This document shows, piece by piece, positions 58,912-64,000 of a stretch of 64,000 bases of DNA; positions within the stretch are counted from its first letter, which is position 1; each line of letters opens with the position of its first letter. The position numbers and the translations under genes are program-made. Under the pieces are notes generated by a model. The model did no database searches and was not told the DNA's origin. It saw only the letters and a list, made by a program, of their open reading frames with translations. This stretch comes from Alphaproteobacteria bacterium (lineage in GTDB: Bacteria; Pseudomonadota; Alphaproteobacteria; Bin95), in the NCBI GenBank assembly GCA_965205265.1, contig CBDBGH010000003.1, positions 2,432,001 through 2,496,000 of the forward strand. The letters are read 5' to 3'.

Positions 58912-60096
58912 ATGTCCAGCCCGGTCGGCCGCCTGTCGGCGCTGCTGAAACACGAAGCCGCCGGCGGCGTGCTGTTGATGCTGGCCGCCGTCGCGGCGCT
59001 GGCGCTCGACAACTCGCCGCTCGCCCATCTCTACGACGCCCTGCTGACAATCCCGGTGGTGGTGCAGGTCGGCGCGCTGGCGCTGGAGAAGCCGCTGCTG
59101 CTCTGGATAAACGACGGGCTGATGGCGATGTTCTTCCTGCTGGTCGGGCTGGAGATAAAGCGCGAGTTCCTGGAAGGGAACCTGTCGTCCTGGCGCCAGG
59201 CCGCGCTGCCGGCGCTCGCCGCGCTCGGGGGCATGGCGGCGCCGGCGCTGATCTACGCGGCGCTCAATGCCGGCGATCCGGTGGCGCTGCGCGGCTGGGC
59301 GATCCCGGCCGCGACCGACATCGCCTTCGCCGTCGGCATACTGGCCCTGCTCGGCAGCCGGGCGCCGGTGGGGCTCAAGGTGTTCCTGCTGGCGCTGGCG
59401 GTGATAGACGACCTGGGCGCAATCCTCATCATCGCGGTCTTCTATACGGCCGACCTGTCGCTGGCCTCGCTCGCCATCGCCGCCGCCGGCGCGGCTGCGC
59501 TGCTGGCGCTGAACCTGGCCGGGGTGACGCGGCTGCTGCCTTACATCCTGGTCGGCCTCGTCATGTGGGTGGCGGTGCTGAAGTCCGGGGTCCATGCGAC
59601 GCTTGCCGGCGTGGTCATTGCGCTGTTCATTCCGCTGCGCACAAAGGACGCCGCCTCGGCCCCGCCGCCGCTGGTGCGGGCGGAGCACGGCCTGCACGGG
59701 TTCGTGGCGCTGTTCGTCATGCCGGTCTTCGCCTTCGCCAATGCCGGCGTGAATCTGGGCGGCCTCTCGCTCGGCGATTTCCTCTCGCCGATCCCGCTCG
59801 GCATCGCCGCCGGGCTGGTGGCCGGCAAACAGGTCGGCATTTTCGGCCTGACATGGGCCGGCGTGCGGCTCGGCATCTGCCGGCTGCCCGAGGGGGTGAC
59901 CTGGCTGCAGGTTTACGGCGCGTCGGCGCTGGCGGGCATCGGCTTCACCATGAGCCTCTTCATCGGCACGCTCGCTTTCGACGACCCGGCGCATCAGGCG
60001 GCGGTGCGGCTCGGCGTGCTGTCGGGCTCGCTGCTCTCGGGCATCGTCGGCTATGCGGTCCTGCGCCGGTTCGCCGGCGGCGGGCGCGCGGCATGA
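58912..60096 (+). CDS. nhaA: Na+/H+ antiporter NhaA
   Basis: WINDGLM, GWAIPAATDIAF, AVIDDLGAI, GIGFTMSLFI. Confidence 0.97.
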   Translation: MSSPVGRLSALLKHEAAGGVLLMLAAVAALALDNSPLAHLYDALLTIPVVVQVGALALEKPLLLWINDGLMAMFFLLVGLEIKREFLEGNLSSWRQAALPALAALGGMAAPALIYAALNAGDPVALRGWAIPAATDIAFAVGILALLGSRAPVGLKVFLLALAVIDDLGAILIIAVFYTADLSLASLAIAAAGAAALLALNLAGVTRLLPYILVGLVMWVAVLKSGVHATLAGVVIALFIPLRTKDAASAPPPLVRAEHGLHGFVALFVMPVFAFANAGVNLGGLSLGDFLSPIPLGIAAGLVAGKQVGIFGLTWAGVRLGICRLPEGVTWLQVYGASALAGIGFTMSLFIGTLAFDDPAHQAAVRLGVLSGSLLSGIVGYAVLRRFAGGGRAA

Positions 60097-60998
60097 CCGC
60101 CGCCGCCCCGCTGCCCGTCACCGTCGTCGGCGGCTATCTGGGCGCGGGCAAGACGACGCTCGTCAACAGCCTGCTCCGGCAGGCGGACGGCAGGCGGCTC
60201 GCCGTGATGGTGAACGAATTCGGCGCGCTTCCCATCGACGCAAGCCTCGTCGAGGCGGCGGACGACCGGATCGTCAGCCTCACCGGCGGCTGCGTCTGCT
60301 GCAGCTATGGCGAGGACCTCGTGTCGTCGCTGGTCATGCTGGCCGCGCTGGAGCCGAGGCCGGACCATGTGCTGCTGGAGGCGAGCGGCGTCGCCTTTCC
60401 GGGCGCCATTGCCGGCACGGTCGGCCTGCTGCGGGACTTCGCGCTGGACGGCGCGGTCGTGCTGGCCGACGCCGAGACCGTGCGCGGCCGGGCCGGGGAC
60501 CGCTATCTCGGCAGCACTGTGCGCCGGCAGCTGGCGAAAGCGGACCTCATCCTGCTCAACAAGTGCGACCTCGCGGGCGACGCCGACGCCGTGGAAACCT
60601 GGCTCGGCGAGACGGCGCCGGAGGCGCGGGTCCTGCGTACGGTGCGCTCGGAGGCGCCCATCGACATCGTGCTGGGCGCCTGGACCGGCCGCGCCGCCCT
60701 GCCCGCAGCCGGCGGCCCGTTCGACCACACGCACGGCTACACGACGACCACGCTCGACCCGCCCCCCGGAGCCGAACCGGAAGCAGTCGCCCGCATCCTC
60801 GCCGACCCCGCCCGCGGCCTGCTGCGCGCCAAGGGCTTCATGCCTCGCCCCGGCGGCGGCATGGCCGCCATCCAGACCGTCGGCAACCGCTGGACGGTCT
60901 CGGACGCGCCCGCCGACGCGCCCGCGGGCCTCGTCTGCATCGGCCTCGAAGCCCGCACGGACTTCGCCGCGCTCCGGCGGGCAATCGGCTGCTCCTGA
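60093..60998 (+). CDS. CobW/COG0523 family GTPase metallochaperone
   Basis: GYLGAGKTT, VNEFG, GCVCC, EASG, NKCD, LRAKG. Confidence 0.9.
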   Translation: MTAAAPLPVTVVGGYLGAGKTTLVNSLLRQADGRRLAVMVNEFGALPIDASLVEAADDRIVSLTGGCVCCSYGEDLVSSLVMLAALEPRPDHVLLEASGVAFPGAIAGTVGLLRDFALDGAVVLADAETVRGRAGDRYLGSTVRRQLAKADLILLNKCDLAGDADAVETWLGETAPEARVLRTVRSEAPIDIVLGAWTGRAALPAAGGPFDHTHGYTTTTLDPPPGAEPEAVARILADPARGLLRAKGFMPRPGGGMAAIQTVGNRWTVSDAPADAPAGLVCIGLEARTDFAALRRAIGCS

Positions 60999-61123
60999 TA
61001 CCGAAGACCATCGATCGGAACCCGCACCCGTAGCTGCCCGAAAGCTCCTTTCCTGCCCGCGGAGAGATGCCGCACGAACTCTCCTCCCCGCTTGCGAGGG
61101 AGACCGGGTGGAGCGCGGGTCCG

Positions 61124-62569
61124 CTATTGCGCCCCCGCCGCGTGGCGGCCGGCGCGGCGGCCGAACACGGCGCCGCGCATGACGGAGGTGGCGCCCGTAT
61201 AGTCGCCGTAGTAGAGCCCGGCGGTCTCGCCCGCCGCGTAGAGGCCGGGGATCGGGTCGCCGTCGAGGTCGATCACGCGCCCGTTCCTGTCGATGCGCAG
61301 GCCGCCGAAGGTGAAGCAGTTGGCGCAGATCACCGGCCAGACGCGGAAGGGCGGCCGGAGGAGCGGCCGGGCCCAGTTGCTCTTCGCCGGGCGGAGCCCC
61401 CGCGTGGCGAGGCCGTCCGGCCCGTCCGGGCGGAAGGCGGATGCATCCTCCGGGCAGGCGTCGTTATAGGCGGAAAGCGTCGCCGCGAGCGCCGCCGGGT
61501 CGAGGCCGGCCGCTTCGGCCAGCGCCCCGACCGTCGGCGCTTCCAGCGGCTTGCGGTCGCTGCGCACCGTCACCCGCCAGTGCGGCGCATCCTCGAGCCC
61601 GGCGTCGAACACCGCCCAGGCAAGGCCCTCCGGCTGCTCCAGCACGGCGCGCGCGACCCGCTCATAGCCGGCATCGACCGGCCCGGCCGCCTCGTCCGTG
61701 AAGCGCGCGCCCTCTCGGTTCACCAGCACGCCGTAGCCGTAATGCAGCACCACCGGCTCGATGGCCCCGGAGCGCGGATCGACCGGCTGCGCATGGAACG
61801 CGCCGAACTCGCCCGCCGGCGCGGCGCCCGCGGCAAGCCCCATCGCCACGCCCTCGCCCCGGTTGTAATAGCCGCCGCGCGCTACCGGCCGCGTCCATTG
61901 CGCCTTCGGCCCGATATAGCGCGCCAGCATTTCGGGATTGCCCTCGAAGCCGCCGCACGCCAGCACGACTCGGCCGAGGAAATGGCCGGGCCGGCCGCGC
62001 TGCACCGCCTCGATGCCGACGATCCCGCCCTCGTCGCTGAGCACAAGGCCCCGCGCGGCGGTTTCGTAGAAGAAGCGCACGCCGCGCCGCTCCGCCTCCG
62101 CCGCCAGCGCCTCCACCAGCGCCAGGCTCCCGCCGACCGGCGCAATCCTTGTGGTGGACTGGTAGGGGAAATATGTGGGCAGGAAGTCCCAGCGAACGCC
62201 GAACCCTTCCAGCCAGCGCAGCGTCGGGCCGGCGTCCTCGCCCCAGACGCGGATCAGCTCCGGGTCGGTGAAGCCGAAGGCGCGCAGCGGGCGCGGCCAG
62301 TCCTCGTAAGCGCGGCCCGCGTCCTTCACGAATTCCGGGTCGAAATGCCCGCCGGCGTTGCTTGCCAGCCTTTCGTCGAAATCGTGCGCGACCGTGTCGC
62401 GGTCCCGCATCCGCCAGAAGCTCTCCGTGTAGCGGGTGTTGCCGCCCCGCTCCTCTTCTGCCGCCCGTTCCAGCACCGCCACGGACGCGCCCGCCTCCAG
62501 CGCCGAGACGGCCGCCGACAGGCCCGCAATGCCCGATCCGACGACCACAACATCGAAAGATCCGCCCAT
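61124..62569 (-). CDS. FAD-dependent oxidoreductase (TcuA/flavocytochrome c-like)
   Basis: VVGSGIAG, RGGNTRYT, LACGGFEGN, FTFGGL, GLYAAGE, GAVFGRRAG. Confidence 0.85.
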   Translation of the reverse strand: MGGSFDVVVVGSGIAGLSAAVSALEAGASVAVLERAAEEERGGNTRYTESFWRMRDRDTVAHDFDERLASNAGGHFDPEFVKDAGRAYEDWPRPLRAFGFTDPELIRVWGEDAGPTLRWLEGFGVRWDFLPTYFPYQSTTRIAPVGGSLALVEALAAEAERRGVRFFYETAARGLVLSDEGGIVGIEAVQRGRPGHFLGRVVLACGGFEGNPEMLARYIGPKAQWTRPVARGGYYNRGEGVAMGLAAGAAPAGEFGAFHAQPVDPRSGAIEPVVLHYGYGVLVNREGARFTDEAAGPVDAGYERVARAVLEQPEGLAWAVFDAGLEDAPHWRVTVRSDRKPLEAPTVGALAEAAGLDPAALAATLSAYNDACPEDASAFRPDGPDGLATRGLRPAKSNWARPLLRPPFRVWPVICANCFTFGGLRIDRNGRVIDLDGDPIPGLYAAGETAGLYYGDYTGATSVMRGAVFGRRAGRHAAGAQ

Positions 62570-62650
62570 GGGCCGCGACCATAGCCCGGACGGCGCCCGG
62601 CCGCACACCCGTCCTTGCCTCCGCCGCCCGCGGCGGCGAGAGTGCGGGCC

Positions 62651-63586
62651 ATGACCGTGCGCGACCCCCTTGCCGCAACCGACATCCGCATCCGGGGCGC
62701 CTGGGAGCGGACGATCCCGCTTCGGTTCGTGCCCTATTCGCGGCTCGCGCGCTGGGACCGGCCCATCGGCGCCTGGCTGCTGCTGCTACCCTGCTGGTGG
62801 GGCGCGGCGCTGGCAGTGGCGGGCGCGCCCGGCTTCTCCGCGCCCGACACGCTTTGGCTGTTCGCGCTGTTCGCCGTCGGCGCCTTTGCGATGCGGGGGG
62901 CGGGCTGCACCTGGAACGACATCGTGGACCGGGACTTCGACGCCCGCGTCTCGCGCACCGCGATCCGCCCCCTGCCGGCCGGCCACACCACCGTCTTCCG
63001 CGCTTGGGCGTTCATCGTGCTGCAGTGTGCGGCCGGGCTCGCCGTGCTGCTGGCGCTGGAGCCGGGCGCGGTCCTGGTAGGGCTCGGCTCGATCCCGCTG
63101 GTGCTGGCCTATCCTTTCATGAAGCGGGTGAGCCACTGGCCGCAGGCCTGGCTCGGCCTCACCTTCAACTGGGGCGCGCTGGTCGGCTGGGCGGCGGTCC
63201 AGGGCGAGGTCTCGGGGCCGGCCTATGCGCTCTACGCCGCCGGCATCGCCTGGACGCTCGGCTACGACACCGTCTATGCCCACCAGGACAAGGAGGACGA
63301 TGCGCTGGTGGGCGTGAAATCGACGGCGCTGCTGTTCGGCGCGCGCACCCGGCCCTGGGTCGCGGGCTTCTACGCCGCCGCGCTCGCCCTGCTGGCGCTC
63401 GCCGGCTGGCTGGCGGCGCTGGGCTGGCCGTTCTACGCGGGCCTCGGAGCCGTCGCGGTCCAGTTCGCCTGGCAGGTCCGCAGCCTCGACATCGACGACC
63501 CGGACCGCTGCCTCGCCATCTTCAAGTCGAACCGGCTCGGAGGTTTGCTAGTGCTCGCCAGCATCGCGCTCGGCATGACGGTTTAG
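62651..63586 (+). CDS. ubiA: 4-hydroxybenzoate polyprenyltransferase
   Basis: RWDRPIG, RGAGCTWNDIVDRDFD, YPFMKR, YDTVYAHQDKEDD. Confidence 0.95.
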   Translation: MTVRDPLAATDIRIRGAWERTIPLRFVPYSRLARWDRPIGAWLLLLPCWWGAALAVAGAPGFSAPDTLWLFALFAVGAFAMRGAGCTWNDIVDRDFDARVSRTAIRPLPAGHTTVFRAWAFIVLQCAAGLAVLLALEPGAVLVGLGSIPLVLAYPFMKRVSHWPQAWLGLTFNWGALVGWAAVQGEVSGPAYALYAAGIAWTLGYDTVYAHQDKEDDALVGVKSTALLFGARTRPWVAGFYAAALALLALAGWLAALGWPFYAGLGAVAVQFAWQVRSLDIDDPDRCLAIFKSNRLGGLLVLASIALGMTV

Positions 63587-64000
63587 CCCCAGCGCCGACG
63601 CCAGCGCGTCGCCGATGCGGCCGGCCCAGAGGGCGGCGCCGGCCTCGTCGCGGATGAGGTCGTTGCGGATCTCCAGGCCGAGATGCGGGATGCCGCGCGG
63701 CTCGGCATGACGGCGGGTGGTGTAGCCGCGCCGCGAGCGGCCGGAATAGGGAAGATTGTCGCCGACGAGGATGCCGGGCTCCGCCAGCGCCGCCATGAAC
63801 GGCCGGGCGAGCTCCTCGCTCTCGTTCCAGAAGGTGCCGACATGCCAGGGCCGCAGGTCGCCGCCGGCCAGGCGCGGCGTGAAGCTGTGGACCGAGACGA
63901 AGGCCCGGAGCGCGCCGCAGCCGTCCAGCATGTCCTCGATCGCGGCGTGGTAGGGCTCGAACAGCGCGTCCCGGCGCCAGGCGCGCGCGGCGGCGTCGAG
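63548..64000 (-). CDS. N-formylglutamate amidohydrolase family (3' part; starts beyond the window)
   Basis: PYHAAI, SVHSFTP, RPWHVG, GDNLPYSG, LEIRNDLI. Confidence 0.85.
   Translation of the reverse strand, partial: LDAAARAWRRDALFEPYHAAIEDMLDGCGALRAFVSVHSFTPRLAGGDLRPWHVGTFWNESEELARPFMAALAEPGILVGDNLPYSGRSRRGYTTRRHAEPRGIPHLGLEIRNDLIRDEAGAALWAGRIGDALASALGLNRHAERDAGEH

Noticed and set aside
61078-61120. CTCTCCTCCCCGCTTGCGAGGGAGA palindromic-element remnant
   Set aside because: Too short and degenerate to call beyond a possible hairpin between convergent genes

Overview
High-GC genomic segment, most likely from an Alphaproteobacterium (judged from DnaK, Rho and the gene set). The backbone is housekeeping and catabolic genes: crcB, rluC, ampG, dnaK-dnaJ, folK, rho, argD, nhaA, ubiA, plus many dehydrogenases and hydrolases. 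It is repeatedly interrupted by small defence and toxin-antitoxin cassettes: Uma2, HicBA, a PD-(D/E)xK protein, an SPPY methyltransferase with an Eco29kI-like endonuclease, an AbiEii pair, Phd-VapC, HigBA and RelE/HI1420. Main highlights: (1) a complete AT-rich St85/Sen2-type retron (msr-msd ncRNA, NDT-like effector, reverse transcriptase) at about 45.8-47.9 kb; (2) an effector-less pair of STAND-like NTPases, the second carrying about 14 TPR-like repeats, with a 15-bp repeat array upstream and a 1-bp frameshift in the first gene; (3) a hidden selenoprotein (UGSC family, in-frame UGA plus SECIS-like hairpin) with a CxxC-tailed partner protein, possibly an uncharacterised Sec-dependent reductase; (4) a candidate Arg-codon leader-peptide attenuator upstream of argD. 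All calls come from reading motifs by eye; no database searches were run.
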